Positions 1-10,260 of a stretch of DNA of 38,145 nucleotides are shown here, in pieces (position 1 is the stretch's first letter; the number at the start of each line of letters is the position of its first letter). The notes under the pieces were generated by a model. The model saw only the letters and a list, made by a program, of their open reading frames with translations. It had not been told where the DNA came from and made no database searches. Origin of the DNA: Prevotellaceae bacterium (lineage in GTDB: Bacteria; Bacteroidota; Bacteroidia; Bacteroidales; Paludibacteraceae); assembly GCA_031290375.1 (NCBI GenBank), contig JAITNR010000253.1:1-38145 (forward strand). The letters run 5' to 3'. Made by a program: the position numbers and the translations under genes.

Positions 1-1
1 G

Positions 2-154
2 ACCAATTTCAATTCAGATTTTTTTAACAATATGAATTATTTGAAAAATATTCTTGGCGACAATCTGCTTTCCACACAACTGATTTTTGACGGAAAAACA
101 GAAATAAACAAACCCGACAGCGGAACACTAAATTTTAGAAACATCAATAAATAA
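2..154 (+). CDS. 3' end of a gene entering from the left edge; resembles the C-terminus of DUF4143-containing AAA ATP-binding proteins (partial)
   Basis: Frame +2 is open from position 2 (TNFNSDFFNNMNYLKNILGDNLLSTQLIFDGKTEINKPDSGTLNFRNINK) to TAA 152-154. Not in the ORF track. Family call is from recalled similarity only. Confidence 0.55.
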   Translation, partial: TNFNSDFFNNMNYLKNILGDNLLSTQLIFDGKTEINKPDSGTLNFRNINK

Positions 155-242
155 AACCCGATAAACTTTAATGTCAGTTTGATGCAATAGAAAATGCCAT
201 TTCGGTAATTTACAGAAATAATATTGTTAAAGATACATATTG

Positions 243-1037
243 CTATAAAATACTCAAATTTACGTTGCACACAATCAAAACAAGTATTATTCCGCCAACG
301 ATAATGCGGTAATAACCAAAGAGTTTAAAGCCGTATTTGGTTAGAAAGTCAATAAAAAACTTGATAGCCAGCATTGCCACCACAAAAGCAACAGCGTTGC
401 CGAGCAACAGCGTTTGCCAAGCTTCAAAAAAGACAGTTCTACCTGCTTCACTTCCAAACAGTTTCATCAGCGAATAGCCCGAAGCTGCCGCCATTGTAGG
501 CACGGCAAGGAAAAACGAAAACTCAGCGGCATTTTTGCGTGTCAGCTTGGTGGACATACCTCCAACAATAGTAGCCATTGAGCGACTTACGCCCGGTATC
601 ATAGCTATACACTGACAAAACCCGATTTTCAATGCACGTTTCCAATCAATTTGCTGGCTGTCGGAAGTTTTTTTAAAGACTTTATCCACAAAAAGCATAA
701 AAAAACCTCCAACAACAAGCATTATTGCTACAACAAACACATTTTCAAGCAGTTTGTCAATGTAATCACTTAACAAAAATCCCAAAACAGCCGCAGGCAG
801 AAAAGCGATAAACAGTTTCCAATAAAAATCAACCGTTTGGAAGAAACGCTTCCAATACAGCACGACAACCGACAAAATCGCCCCAAACTGTATGCAAACC
901 GTGAATGCCTTTACAAATTCGGTGCTTTCCACACCCAACATCGCCTGAGTAAGTATCATGTGCCCTGTTGAAGAGACAGGCAAAAACTCGGTAAGTCCCT
1001 CAACTATGGCAATTACTACCGATTGAAACAAGGTCAT
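243..1037 (-). CDS. uppP: Undecaprenyl-diphosphate phosphatase (BacA/UppP)
   Basis: Motifs [15 protein letters not shown] and PGVSRS; polytopic membrane protein of 264 aa. Confidence 0.97.
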   Translation of the reverse strand: MTLFQSVVIAIVEGLTEFLPVSSTGHMILTQAMLGVESTEFVKAFTVCIQFGAILSVVVLYWKRFFQTVDFYWKLFIAFLPAAVLGFLLSDYIDKLLENVFVVAIMLVVGGFFMLFVDKVFKKTSDSQQIDWKRALKIGFCQCIAMIPGVSRSMATIVGGMSTKLTRKNAAEFSFFLAVPTMAAASGYSLMKLFGSEAGRTVFFEAWQTLLLGNAVAFVVAMLAIKFFIDFLTKYGFKLFGYYRIIVGGIILVLIVCNVNLSIL

Positions 1038-1237
1038 TCGTCTTTGGTTTTAATCATTATTCCTGCAACCATCAAAATAAAACCTGTTATGCACATAATC
1101 GGAGCGAGCGTTATGCGTCTAAACGAAAAAATTTCAGGGTTGTATTCAAGCGTATTTGTTCCTCCTGCCATCAATACAAATCCTAATACAATGATTATAA
1201 AAGCGATAGCAATTAAAATGTAATTTATCCTTTTCAT
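1034..1237 (-). CDS. DUF3098 family small membrane protein
   Basis: NYILIAI...GFVLMAGG...[10 protein letters not shown] pattern; sits between ftsX and uppP as usual in Bacteroidota; ATGA overlap with uppP. Confidence 0.9.
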   Translation of the reverse strand: MKRINYILIAIAFIIIVLGFVLMAGGTNTLEYNPEIFSFRRITLAPIMCITGFILMVAGIMIKTKDE

Positions 1238-1310
1238 ATTTATATATTTTTAATAAAAATTTTCTATTTCTGTTCGAGATTTTAGTCTTGCCTGCAAGCA
1301 CGGTTGGCTG

Positions 1311-2192
1311 TTAAATAAAGTACATCTCGTTCGTTTTCATTCTGATATAGCGATTTATGGCAAAAAGTGCCGCCAAAAAACTTATCAAAAAGCCTGTAAT
1401 AAGTACCAAACCGGCTATCGGCACACAAAAATGCCAATCGTAGAGTGGGAGTGTGCTGTCAAGTTGTTTAACGTAATACCCTGTACCAAACAGTCCGATA
1501 ATTGCAAAAAACGATGCAAAAAGCCCATTGACAACAAACCTTTTCAAAAATGGTTTTCTTATAAACCACGCCCTTGCACCAACAAGTTTCATAGTGTTGA
1601 TTACAAAGCGTTTGGAATATATTGAAATGCGTATAATATTGTTAATCAATATTATAGTTACTATCAGAAAAAGCAAGGCAACAAGCGACAAAACAAGCGA
1701 AATTTTACTGACATTCATATTCAAATCTGAAATCATATCTTTTTGATACACAATATCTTCTATAAAATTGTAGTTTCTCAGTTTTGGCTCTATCATTTTT
1801 AGAGAATCGCTGTTGGCATAATCGGCTTTGAGGTTAATCTCAATTGTGGCCTTGAGCGGATTGTAGCCAAGAAACTCAGTGGGGTCGTCTCCCAAGTCGT
1901 TAATATGCTCATTAAGAGCAGATTCCTTGCTGATATATCTGTATGCCTTTATAAAGTCTGCTTTTTTTAGATAATCATCAACTCTTTGTATGTCAGACTG
2001 TTGAATACTGTCTCGAAGTACAAGGGCAATCACAACATTCTCTTTGGTATATTTTACCGTATGATTAGCCCAAAGCAGCAAAAAAGCTACCAGCCCAACC
2101 ATAAACAGAGCGAGCGTAATACTGATGGTTGATGTAAAGTAGAGATTGAAGAACGAATCTCTTTTGGTTTTCTCCCGACCGTTTTTTGACAT
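1311..2192 (-). CDS. ftsX: Cell division permease-like protein FtsX
   Basis: TSTISITLALF N-terminal TM, GYNPL, INNIIRISIYSKRFVINTMKLVGA motif. Confidence 0.93.
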   Translation of the reverse strand: MSKNGREKTKRDSFFNLYFTSTISITLALFMVGLVAFLLLWANHTVKYTKENVVIALVLRDSIQQSDIQRVDDYLKKADFIKAYRYISKESALNEHINDLGDDPTEFLGYNPLKATIEINLKADYANSDSLKMIEPKLRNYNFIEDIVYQKDMISDLNMNVSKISLVLSLVALLFLIVTIILINNIIRISIYSKRFVINTMKLVGARAWFIRKPFLKRFVVNGLFASFFAIIGLFGTGYYVKQLDSTLPLYDWHFCVPIAGLVLITGFLISFLAALFAINRYIRMKTNEMYFI

Positions 2193-2263
2193 CTCTTTAT
2201 TAAATGTAACTTTTTGTTAATGACCTGTTTAAAATTGCTTATTAAACAATTACTCAATATTTG

Positions 2264-2271
2264 CAAAGGTA
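2264..2271 (-). promoter_or_regulatory. Bacteroidota sigma-A -7 element (TACCTTTG) for the ftsX-DUF3098-uppP operon
   Basis: CAAAGGTA on + strand, about 70 nt upstream of the ftsX ATG; matches TAnnTTTG. Confidence 0.65.
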
Positions 2272-2347
2272 CAATATTTTTTCAACAGCACAAAATGGAT
2301 AAATCAAATTAAATTGATGTCCATCTGTTTTTATGAATTAAAAATTG

Positions 2348-2355
2348 TAACTTTG
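2348..2355 (+). promoter_or_regulatory. Bacteroidota -7 element (TAACTTTG) for the ABC ATPase-mlaD unit
   Basis: Matches TAnnTTTG 21 nt before ATG 2377, which favours 2377 over 2314 as the start. Confidence 0.65.
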
Positions 2356-2376
2356 CAGCATATTTGCAGCACTAAA

Positions 2377-3087
2377 ATGAATACGTTAGAAATAAAAAAC
2401 ATAACGAAATATTACGACAAAAAGTGTGTTTTAAACGATGTATCGTTGAGTCTGGAAACGGGCGAAACGGTCGGTTTTCTGGGACCAAACGGGGCAGGGA
2501 AGTCCACTCTGATGAAGATTGTTACGGGCTGTATTGCCGCCAACAGTGGTTCGGTGGAGGTGTGTGGACAAAAAGTTACCTCTTCGCAATACAAATTCAA
2601 GCAAAACATTGGCTATTTGCCGGAGCATAATCCGCTCTATTTGGATATGTATGTGGTTGAATATCTGACTTATGTGGCTGAATTGTACGGTATTCACAAC
2701 AGGCGAGAGGCGGTGGAAGATGTGATAATCCGCACAGGACTTTCGCCTGAAAGAACAAAAAAGATTGGGCAACTCTCAAAGGGTTATCGGCAGCGGGTTG
2801 GCATTGCTCAGGCTATTATTCACAACCCGAAGCTTCTTATTTTGGACGAGCCCACAACGGGTCTCGACCCTAACCAAATCATAGAAATCAGGGAGTTGAT
2901 AAGGAATTTGGGCAAAACCCGCGCAGTAATTTTTTCTACCCACATTCTTCAGGAGGTATCGGCTGTTTGCAGCAGGGTTTTGCTGATAAATCACGGAAAT
3001 ATAATCGCAGACATAAAGGGTAATGATTTGACAACCGGTAATTTAGAAGACATGTTTAAAAATTTGGTAGTCGACCACCCTCAATGA
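2377..3087 (+). CDS. ABC transporter ATP-binding protein, GldA-like
   Basis: Walker A GPNGAGKST, GYLPEHNPLYLDMYV, signature LSKGYRQRVG, Walker B LILDEPT. Start placed at ATG 2377 (MNTLEIK). Confidence 0.88.
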   Translation: MNTLEIKNITKYYDKKCVLNDVSLSLETGETVGFLGPNGAGKSTLMKIVTGCIAANSGSVEVCGQKVTSSQYKFKQNIGYLPEHNPLYLDMYVVEYLTYVAELYGIHNRREAVEDVIIRTGLSPERTKKIGQLSKGYRQRVGIAQAIIHNPKLLILDEPTTGLDPNQIIEIRELIRNLGKTRAVIFSTHILQEVSAVCSRVLLINHGNIIADIKGNDLTTGNLEDMFKNLVVDHPQ

Positions 3088-3125
3088 CATTACAAATATT
3101 GAAAATAATAAAATAATTAAAAAAT

Positions 3126-4010
3126 ATGAAAAAGTTTTTTACACGTGAAGTTAGAATAGGATTAACCTTTGTAGCAGCCATTGCAGTGCTGTTTTTCGGG
3201 TTGAATTTTTTGAAAGGGATAAATATTTTTACGCCCACCAACCGTTATTTTGCTACGTTTGAGGATGTTGGCGGGCTTGTGGTGTCAAATTCCGTAATGA
3301 TAAAGGGCTACAAGGTAGGGCAGGTGAGAAGTATCGAATATGACTTCAAAAGACAGCGTCCTTTTGTAGTGGAAATAGCAGTAAATGACGATATTAAACT
3401 GCCGAAGGGAACAGTTATCAACCTTGCGGACGAGGGGCTGATGGGCGGGAAAATAATTGATATTCAACTTGGCGATAAACTCAGTTTGTTTGCAAGCGGC
3501 GACACCATCGAGACCTTTGTTGTGGGCAATTTCCTTACTCAGATTGCAGACTATATGCCAAAAATTGCACAAATACTTGATAATCTGGACTCTGCCGTTG
3601 TTACAGTGAATACTTTGGTTAATTCGCCAAGTTTGCAGAGCGGTATCAATTCGTTTGGCTCTACCATGGAAGACCTGACAAGGACGATGGCACAACTCAA
3701 ACTTGCAACCGCATCGCTGCCTTCCACAATGGTAAAATTAGACAATGTTGCCACAAATCTGGACACAAAAATCAATCAACTTGATATAGCAAAACTGATG
3801 ACTTCGATAAACCAAACGCTTGAGAATGTACGGGATTTTTCGGACAAATTAACCTCAAAAAACTCTTCGCTCGGACTTTTAATGAACGACAGAGGCGTTT
3901 ATGACAACCTAAATACAACCGTACAAAGTGCCAATGCTCTGGTGATTGACTTCAAGGCAAATCCCAAACGCTACATTCATTTCTCTGTTTTTGGAGGGAA
4001 AAGCAAGTAA
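3126..4010 (+). CDS. MlaD/MCE family protein
   Basis: N-terminal TM followed by GLNFLKG, GLVVSNSV..KGYKVGQV; helical C-terminus ending NPKRYIHFSVFG; located upstream of dnaA. Confidence 0.9.
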   Translation: MKKFFTREVRIGLTFVAAIAVLFFGLNFLKGINIFTPTNRYFATFEDVGGLVVSNSVMIKGYKVGQVRSIEYDFKRQRPFVVEIAVNDDIKLPKGTVINLADEGLMGGKIIDIQLGDKLSLFASGDTIETFVVGNFLTQIADYMPKIAQILDNLDSAVVTVNTLVNSPSLQSGINSFGSTMEDLTRTMAQLKLATASLPSTMVKLDNVATNLDTKINQLDIAKLMTSINQTLENVRDFSDKLTSKNSSLGLLMNDRGVYDNLNTTVQSANALVIDFKANPKRYIHFSVFGGKSK

Positions 4011-4086
4011 AGCATTTTGTCTTTGATGGTTGGCATTGAAACTGCACAAGTAATCCAAAAATGGTTATCCTTCCATTACAAAATAC

Positions 4087-4115
4087 CTCTTATTTAAAAT
4101 GATTTCAAATAAGAG
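4087..4115. promoter_or_regulatory. 29-bp near-perfect palindrome upstream of dnaA (candidate operator)
   Basis: CTCTTATTTAAAATGATTTCAAATAAGAG; the arms differ at one pair; no U-tract follows. Confidence 0.4.
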
Positions 4116-4426
4116 AGCAGGTGAAAAAAAGTTTTTTCTGCAAAACAGAGGGTTTTTGCCGCTAAGTCTATTTTGATACAATTTGGGTAAGTCTTTTATT
4201 AATAAAATGTTAAAATGATGGAGTAAAAAAAATGTAACTGATTTTTAGAATATTTGCATAACCAATTATATTTCAATGTTTTAAATTTTCGATTTTTGCT
4301 CAAAAATAAATTGCTATTGTGGGTAATTTATTTTTTCTTCAACTTTGCATCGGGATAATAGAAACAAAAAAAAATGTCGAAAATGTTACAGTTGAATTAG
4401 ATAGCAAAAAAGACGCACGAAAAAGT

Positions 4427-5821
4427 ATGAGCAGTTTAGTAAAGTTATGGGAAAAATGTATGTCTGTGGTTCGGGAAAATGTTGCCGAACCGGTTTTTAG
4501 TACATGGTTTGAGCCTGTTGTGCCGATAAGTTTTAAAAACAACGAATTGGTAATTCAGGTTCCGAGTATGTTTTTTTATGAATATATCGAAGAAAAATAT
4601 TCCGAATTGCTCAGAGTTACCCTGAACACAATATTCGGCGAGGATATTGTGCTGCTGTACAGAGTTATGGTTGATAACGACAACAAGGCAACTACCGATG
4701 TGCCGACCTCCAAATCGAACTGTGGTGTCAACAAAGGCAGACAGGAAGAACAGTCAAACCCGTTTAAAAAAATTACTAATCAAGATATTGATACTCAATT
4801 AAATGACAACTATAATTTTGCCAATTTTATTGAGGGCAAACCCAATAAATTAGCCCGCAGTGCAGGTCTGAACATTGCCGACAATCCGGGCAGCACTGTT
4901 TTTAATCCTCTTTTCATATATGGCAAGTCCGGTGTGGGTAAAACTCACTTGTCGAACGCCATAGGTTTGGAAACCAAACGATTACATCCCGAAAAGCGAG
5001 TTTTGTATGTTGCGGCTAACCTTTTTATGATACAGTACACGGATGCTGTCAGACAAAATACGCAGAACGATTTTCTGAATTTCTATCAGAGTTTGGACGT
5101 ACTGATAATTGATGATATTCACGAGTTTATGTCAAAAACAGGCACACAAAACACGTTTTTTCACATTTTCAATCACCTGCACAGGTTGGGCAAGCAAATT
5201 ATTCTCACTTGCGACTGCCCGCCAAGTTCGCTCAAAGGTATGGAAGACAGGCTTTTGACTCGTTTTCGTTGGGGGTTGACTGCCGAAATTTCAAAGCCTG
5301 ACTTTGAACTTCGCAAGACAATTTTGCAGTACAAAATCAAACGTGACGGACTGGAAATCAAACCGGAAGCGGTCGATTTTATTGCCAGAAACGTTACTGA
5401 CAATATCAGAGATTTGGAGGGCGTACTGATATCATTATTGGCACATTCTACCATTAACAACGAGGAAATTGACCTGCCGTTAATAGAAAAGGTCATAGGC
5501 GTTGCCGCCAAAGAGGAAACAAAAAAAATGCTGACGGTAAATTTAATCTGCGAGAAAGTTTGCAATCATTTTCTGCTTCAAAAGGAACACCTTTATTCCA
5601 AGAGCCGCAAACGTGAAATCGCTTTAGCCAGACATATTGCAATGTATCTCTCCCGCAAGCATACGCAATATTCGCTCAACAGCATCGGACAGAGCATCGG
5701 CGACCGCAACCACGCCACCGTAATGCACGCCTGCAATTTGATAGAAAACCTGATGAAACAGGATAAAAGTCTGAAAAACAATGTCTTGTCGCTTGAAAGG
5801 GAGTTAATCAACTCTCAATAA
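4427..5821 (+). CDS. dnaA: Chromosomal replication initiator DnaA
   Basis: FSTWFEP, FNPLFIYGKSGVGKTHL, LIIDDIH, RLLTRFRWGL, RNHATVMHAC. Start placed at ATG 4427, downstream of a CAACTTTG -7-like element at 4340-4347. Confidence 0.98.
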   Translation: MSSLVKLWEKCMSVVRENVAEPVFSTWFEPVVPISFKNNELVIQVPSMFFYEYIEEKYSELLRVTLNTIFGEDIVLLYRVMVDNDNKATTDVPTSKSNCGVNKGRQEEQSNPFKKITNQDIDTQLNDNYNFANFIEGKPNKLARSAGLNIADNPGSTVFNPLFIYGKSGVGKTHLSNAIGLETKRLHPEKRVLYVAANLFMIQYTDAVRQNTQNDFLNFYQSLDVLIIDDIHEFMSKTGTQNTFFHIFNHLHRLGKQIILTCDCPPSSLKGMEDRLLTRFRWGLTAEISKPDFELRKTILQYKIKRDGLEIKPEAVDFIARNVTDNIRDLEGVLISLLAHSTINNEEIDLPLIEKVIGVAAKEETKKMLTVNLICEKVCNHFLLQKEHLYSKSRKREIALARHIAMYLSRKHTQYSLNSIGQSIGDRNHATVMHACNLIENLMKQDKSLKNNVLSLERELINSQ

Positions 5822-5856
5822 TACCTTTTGGTAGCGGGAATTGAAAACATTACAAG

Positions 5857-7533
5857 TTATTTATTTTGTGCCTTAATAATCATTCCGTTGAAACCATCTA
5901 TTTCGACTTGTGAAAGGGAATTTTCGGAGAAATCACACACAAATTTCCTGCCTGAAATCAAGTCTTTGACTAAGACAGTTTCTTTTTGAGAAATTTGCAT
6001 AAAGTCAAAGGCATGACGGGGGATTTTTATACCAAGTTTCTGTTTTTTGTCTGAAAAATTGGCAACAATCAACAAAACTTCATTTTTGTATTTACGCAAA
6101 AAAGCAAAACATTTTTCTGCATTAAATTTTTGATTATCAATATTTACATACATTAAATCAAAAAATAATCCATTTGAAATTGCCTTTTGAGTATGGCAAA
6201 GATTAAATATTTTCATATAATATTTTCGCAACTCTTTTTCCTCTACGGTAAGATTTTTTAAATCAAATTTTCCATTGTCAATCCAGCGTGAAAGGGTATC
6301 GGGTTGCCAATAGTCAAAAATTGAAGTTCGTCCGTCTAATCCGCTGAAACCCTCACAATCCATACCTTTTTCGCCCAGCTCCTGTCCTGCGTAAATCATT
6401 GCAGACGAAGTATTTAGACATGCAGCAACAATCATTGCAGGCTTGGCAGCATTGGGAGTTTTGGCAAAAAAATCTGAAGCTATTCGCTGCTCATCGTGAT
6501 TTTCGAGGAAATTCAGCATAAACGGCTGAATTTCACCGAGATTTTGCCAGCAGGATGAAATATTTTTTGCAGGCAAATATCCACAGACAACACCTCTAAG
6601 CGTGTCATAAAGACCGACTTTGTCGTACATAAAATCAAATTTACCGTAATTGAGGTAATTTTTATACAGTTCAGGGATGTAAATTTCGGCAATAAAAATT
6701 ATGTGCGGAAACTGCCTTTTAACAGCTCCAATTGCCCAATGCCAAAAGGCAACTGGTACCATTTGAGCCATATCGCACCTAAAACCGTCAACACCCTTTT
6801 TTGCCCAAAAAAATAAAATATCCCGCATTTTGAGCCATGTATCAGGAACAGGATTGAAGTATTCGGTTCTATTATTTTGATAATCAACACCATAGTTGAG
6901 TTTCACCGTTTCGTACCAGTCATTTTGGGTAGGGTAGGGGGTGAAACAGTCGTTTCCTGTGGCTCTTGCAGGAAATTCCTCATAATCAGTTAATTGAAAT
7001 TGAGGAGAAAATTTTTCATTTGGAAAATAATAAAAATTGTTTTCGGGTGAAAAACTTTTTGTTTGGTCATCGGAAGCACCTAAATCTTCAAATGTGGAGA
7101 CATCCGAGTGGTAAACCCTTGAAACGTGGTTGGGGACAAAGTCAATAATTACCTTCAAATCCTCCTTGTGTGTTCTGACTGCAAGATTTTCAAATTCCTG
7201 CATACGTTTTTGAGGATTTTCAGCCAAATCGGCACACACATCATAATAATCACGGATAGAGTAGGGTGATCCCGCTTTTCCCTTGACTATATCGGGACTG
7301 TCTCCTGTGATATTCAGTTCGGGACAGCTACTTTGTGAGGAGTGTTCGATAACGCCTGTAAACCAGATGTGAGTTACCCCTAAATTTTTTATACTTTCTA
7401 AAGCTTTGGTACTAAATACATTAAACTTTCCACAAAGATTTTCTTTGATTGTTCCATTGGGCATATTTTTGCCTTTATTTTTTGCAAAATGCCTTACAAA
7501 AACCTGATATACAATTATTTTGTTTTTTTGCAT
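5857..7533 (-). CDS. Alpha-amylase family glycoside hydrolase (GH13), no signal peptide
   Basis: IDFVPNH, DGFRCDMA (nucleophile), IAEIY (acid/base), FLENHDEQR. Confidence 0.93.
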   Translation of the reverse strand: MQKNKIIVYQVFVRHFAKNKGKNMPNGTIKENLCGKFNVFSTKALESIKNLGVTHIWFTGVIEHSSQSSCPELNITGDSPDIVKGKAGSPYSIRDYYDVCADLAENPQKRMQEFENLAVRTHKEDLKVIIDFVPNHVSRVYHSDVSTFEDLGASDDQTKSFSPENNFYYFPNEKFSPQFQLTDYEEFPARATGNDCFTPYPTQNDWYETVKLNYGVDYQNNRTEYFNPVPDTWLKMRDILFFWAKKGVDGFRCDMAQMVPVAFWHWAIGAVKRQFPHIIFIAEIYIPELYKNYLNYGKFDFMYDKVGLYDTLRGVVCGYLPAKNISSCWQNLGEIQPFMLNFLENHDEQRIASDFFAKTPNAAKPAMIVAACLNTSSAMIYAGQELGEKGMDCEGFSGLDGRTSIFDYWQPDTLSRWIDNGKFDLKNLTVEEKELRKYYMKIFNLCHTQKAISNGLFFDLMYVNIDNQKFNAEKCFAFLRKYKNEVLLIVANFSDKKQKLGIKIPRHAFDFMQISQKETVLVKDLISGRKFVCDFSENSLSQVEIDGFNGMIIKAQNK

Positions 7534-7677
7534 GATAACACAAACATAATAAATTGAAAATGGGAGGCAAAGTTACTAAAAATTTAATTTCGTAAAAAAA
7601 AAAGTTGTGGATTAAAAAAAATATATTACCTTTGCATCCTAATTATTTTTTAATATCTAACTTAATTTAAAATTTTT

Positions 7678-8220
7678 ATGAGAAAGTCTAACATTTTTTC
7701 TGCAATCTTAGTGGTTGCATTGGTTGGTGCAAGTTTCATCTCTTGTAACCCGAAAAACTCCGTTGTGTCCAAGTCAATAGTAGGTTCTTGGAACAAACAG
7801 AGTCAGAATATTGATGTCAAGTCAAGCGACACATATCTTCAGGCGCTGCTTGACTATGCACTGCCTGAGTTGGGAATTGAGTTTTTCCAAAGTGTCAAAT
7901 TCAACGAAGACGGGACAGGTACTTTTAACGATACCACAACTTTTACCTACACCAAAACCGAAACAGTTGTAACTGTAAAAGCAAGCCATCTTATACTTGA
8001 TGCTGGGGAGTATCAAATGGATTTGTCAAATGTTCCGCTGTCAATGGAATACACCTTGACAAATGACTACAATGCTTTAAAACTTGATATGGACATAATT
8101 GTACCGTTTAAGATGCTTATGTCTGCAGTTTTAGAAGAGATAGGTGAACAAATGCCTTTTCCTGTGTCTGTTGAGTCAATAACCAAAGCAAACATTACTG
8201 CCGACTGCGTAAGAAAATAA
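7678..8220 (+). CDS. Lipoprotein of unknown function (lipocalin-like beta fold suspected)
   Basis: Lipobox FISC, IVGSW, FNEDGT pattern; TACCTTTG element at 7627-7634. Confidence 0.75.
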   Translation: MRKSNIFSAILVVALVGASFISCNPKNSVVSKSIVGSWNKQSQNIDVKSSDTYLQALLDYALPELGIEFFQSVKFNEDGTGTFNDTTTFTYTKTETVVTVKASHLILDAGEYQMDLSNVPLSMEYTLTNDYNALKLDMDIIVPFKMLMSAVLEEIGEQMPFPVSVESITKANITADCVRK

Positions 8221-8249
8221 AAAAAAGCCTCTTTATGAGGCTTTTTTTT
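8219..8249. terminator. Bidirectional intrinsic terminator
   Basis: A-run AGCCTC-TTTAT-GAGGCT T-run, between convergent genes. Confidence 0.88.
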
Positions 8250-8250
8250 A

Positions 8251-8421
8251 TCAAACGCTTTCTACGCAGGATAAATATACAATCAACCCAACAGCGAGTA
8301 AAATTCCAACCACTGCTGCCCAAATAACGCTTTTGTCTATTTTGGAAATCGTTTTTTTGCGTTTGGACGACTTTGGAGATGTTGGGCGTTTTTTTGACGT
8401 TGATTTTTTTGCCTTTCCCAT
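8251..8421 (-). CDS. 56-aa Lys-rich single-pass membrane micro-protein (below the ORF-track cutoff)
   Basis: MGKAKKSTSKKRPTSPKSSKRKKTISKIDKSVIWAAVVGILLAVGLIVYLSCVESV*. ATG directly follows the lepA TAA, and the TGA TAA stops abut the terminator. Confidence 0.75.
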   Translation of the reverse strand: MGKAKKSTSKKRPTSPKSSKRKKTISKIDKSVIWAAVVGILLAVGLIVYLSCVESV

Positions 8422-10209
8422 TTAATCCAATTTTAAAATAGCCAAAAATGCCTTTTGTGGTACTTCTACAGAGCCAATCTGTTTCATTCGTTTTTTGCCT
8501 TTCTTTTGTTTTTCAAGGAGTTTGCGCTTACGAGTGATGTCGCCACCATAGCACTTTGCCGTAACATCTTTGCGGACAGCCTTAATTGTCTCTCTTGCAA
8601 TGATTTTTGCTCCAATTGCAGCCTGCACTGCCACATCAAACTGCTGACGCGGAATAAGTTCCTTTAATTTTTCGCACATTCGCCGTCCAAGCGTTTGAGC
8701 GTTGTCGAAGTGTATCAGGGAAGAAAGGGCATCAACAGGCTCACCGTTGAGCAAAATATCAAGTTTGACAAGTTTTGAGGGACGATAGTCGTGCGGTTGA
8801 TAGTCAAACGAAGCGTAACCCTTTGATATACTTTTCAGTTTGTCATAGAAATCAAATACGATTTCCCCTAATGGCAGGTCGTAAATAAGTTCCATTCTGT
8901 CGGCTGAAATGTAGTTTTGTTTGACAAGTTCGCCGCGTTTGCCCAGACAGAGAGTCATTATGCCGCCGATGTATTCGGTTTTTGTAATGATTGAGGCTCG
9001 AATAAAAGGCTCTTCAATTCTCTCTATCAACATCACATCGGGCATTCCTGACGGGTTGTACATCTCCATCTCTTCACCTTTTTTGGTAAAAACCTTGTAC
9101 GAAACGTTTGGTACTGTGGTGATTACGCTCATATCAAACTCTCTGTCAAGTCTTTCCTGTACAATCTCCATGTGAAGCAATCCAAGAAAACCACATCTGA
9201 ACCCAAATCCAAGGGCAACCGAACTTTCAGGCTCGAATGTCAGGGAGGCATCGTTGAGTTGCAGTTTTTCTATGGAAGAGCGTAAATCTTCAAAGTCCTC
9301 AGTTTCAATAGGATAAAGACCTGCAAATAACATCGGTTTTACATCCTCAAAGCCGGCAATCACATTACTACATGGATTTTTGACGTGCGTAATGGTGTCG
9401 CCTACCTTTACTTCTTTTGATGTTTTTATGCCTGAAATAATGTAGCCAACATTACCCGCTCCAAGCGAATTTTGCGGCTGCATATCAAGTTTGAGAATGC
9501 CTATTTCATCAGCGTTGTATTCTTTTTGTGTGGAGACAAATTTCACCAAATCGCCTTTGTTAATTGTGCCATTAACTATTTTGAAATATGCTATAATTCC
9601 GCGAAACGAGTTAAAAACCGAGTCAAATATCAGGCATTGGAGTGGGGCAGTGGGGTCGCCCTGTGGAGCCGGTATTCGCTCAATTATCGCCTTGAGAATG
9701 TCAAAAACACCTTCGCCCGTCTTTCCGCTTGCACGAATAATGGTTTCACGCTTCACTCCGAGCATATCTACAATCTGGTCTTCAACCTCGTCCGGCATTG
9801 CGTTTTCCATATCAATTTTGTTGATAATGGGAATAACTTCCAAATCGTGTCCGATAGCCATATAAAGATTGGCAATAGTCTGAGCCTGAATACCTTGCGT
9901 TGCATCAACCAACAGCAATGCACCCTCGCATGAAGCAATGGAACGTGAAACTTCATAGGAAAAATCGACGTGTCCCGGGGTGTCAATCAAATTTAATGTA
10001 TATTGTTCATTATCAAAGGAATATTGCATTTGAATAGCATGACTTTTGATGGTAATGCCTCTTTCTCGTTCCAAATCCATATCATCAAGTACCTGTGCCT
10101 GCAAATCTTTTGCCAAAACGGTGTTGGTATATTCCAAAAGTCTGTCTGCCAATGTACTTTTGCCGTGATCGATGTGTGCTATAATACAAAAATTGCGGAT
10201 ATTTTTCAT
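8422..10209 (-). CDS. lepA: Translation elongation factor 4
   Basis: [57 protein letters not shown]. Confidence 0.99.
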   Translation of the reverse strand: MKNIRNFCIIAHIDHGKSTLADRLLEYTNTVLAKDLQAQVLDDMDLERERGITIKSHAIQMQYSFDNEQYTLNLIDTPGHVDFSYEVSRSIASCEGALLLVDATQGIQAQTIANLYMAIGHDLEVIPIINKIDMENAMPDEVEDQIVDMLGVKRETIIRASGKTGEGVFDILKAIIERIPAPQGDPTAPLQCLIFDSVFNSFRGIIAYFKIVNGTINKGDLVKFVSTQKEYNADEIGILKLDMQPQNSLGAGNVGYIISGIKTSKEVKVGDTITHVKNPCSNVIAGFEDVKPMLFAGLYPIETEDFEDLRSSIEKLQLNDASLTFEPESSVALGFGFRCGFLGLLHMEIVQERLDREFDMSVITTVPNVSYKVFTKKGEEMEMYNPSGMPDVMLIERIEEPFIRASIITKTEYIGGIMTLCLGKRGELVKQNYISADRMELIYDLPLGEIVFDFYDKLKSISKGYASFDYQPHDYRPSKLVKLDILLNGEPVDALSSLIHFDNAQTLGRRMCEKLKELIPRQQFDVAVQAAIGAKIIARETIKAVRKDVTAKCYGGDITRKRKLLEKQKKGKKRMKQIGSVEVPQKAFLAILKLD

Positions 10210-10260
10210 TTTTTACTTATTCGAAAAATTGAGTGCGAAGTTACACAAAATTTTTGATTT

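Noticed and set aside
37-270. 77-aa minus-strand ORF after uppP
   Set aside because: It overlaps uppP and is antisense to a more protein-like plus-strand frame ending at 154; it is not truB.
4011-4426. oriC next to dnaA
   Set aside because: AT-rich, but no TTATCCACA-type box cluster was seen. Perfect boxes noticed elsewhere (682-690, about 28470, 38013-38021) are isolated, and dnaN is not adjacent.
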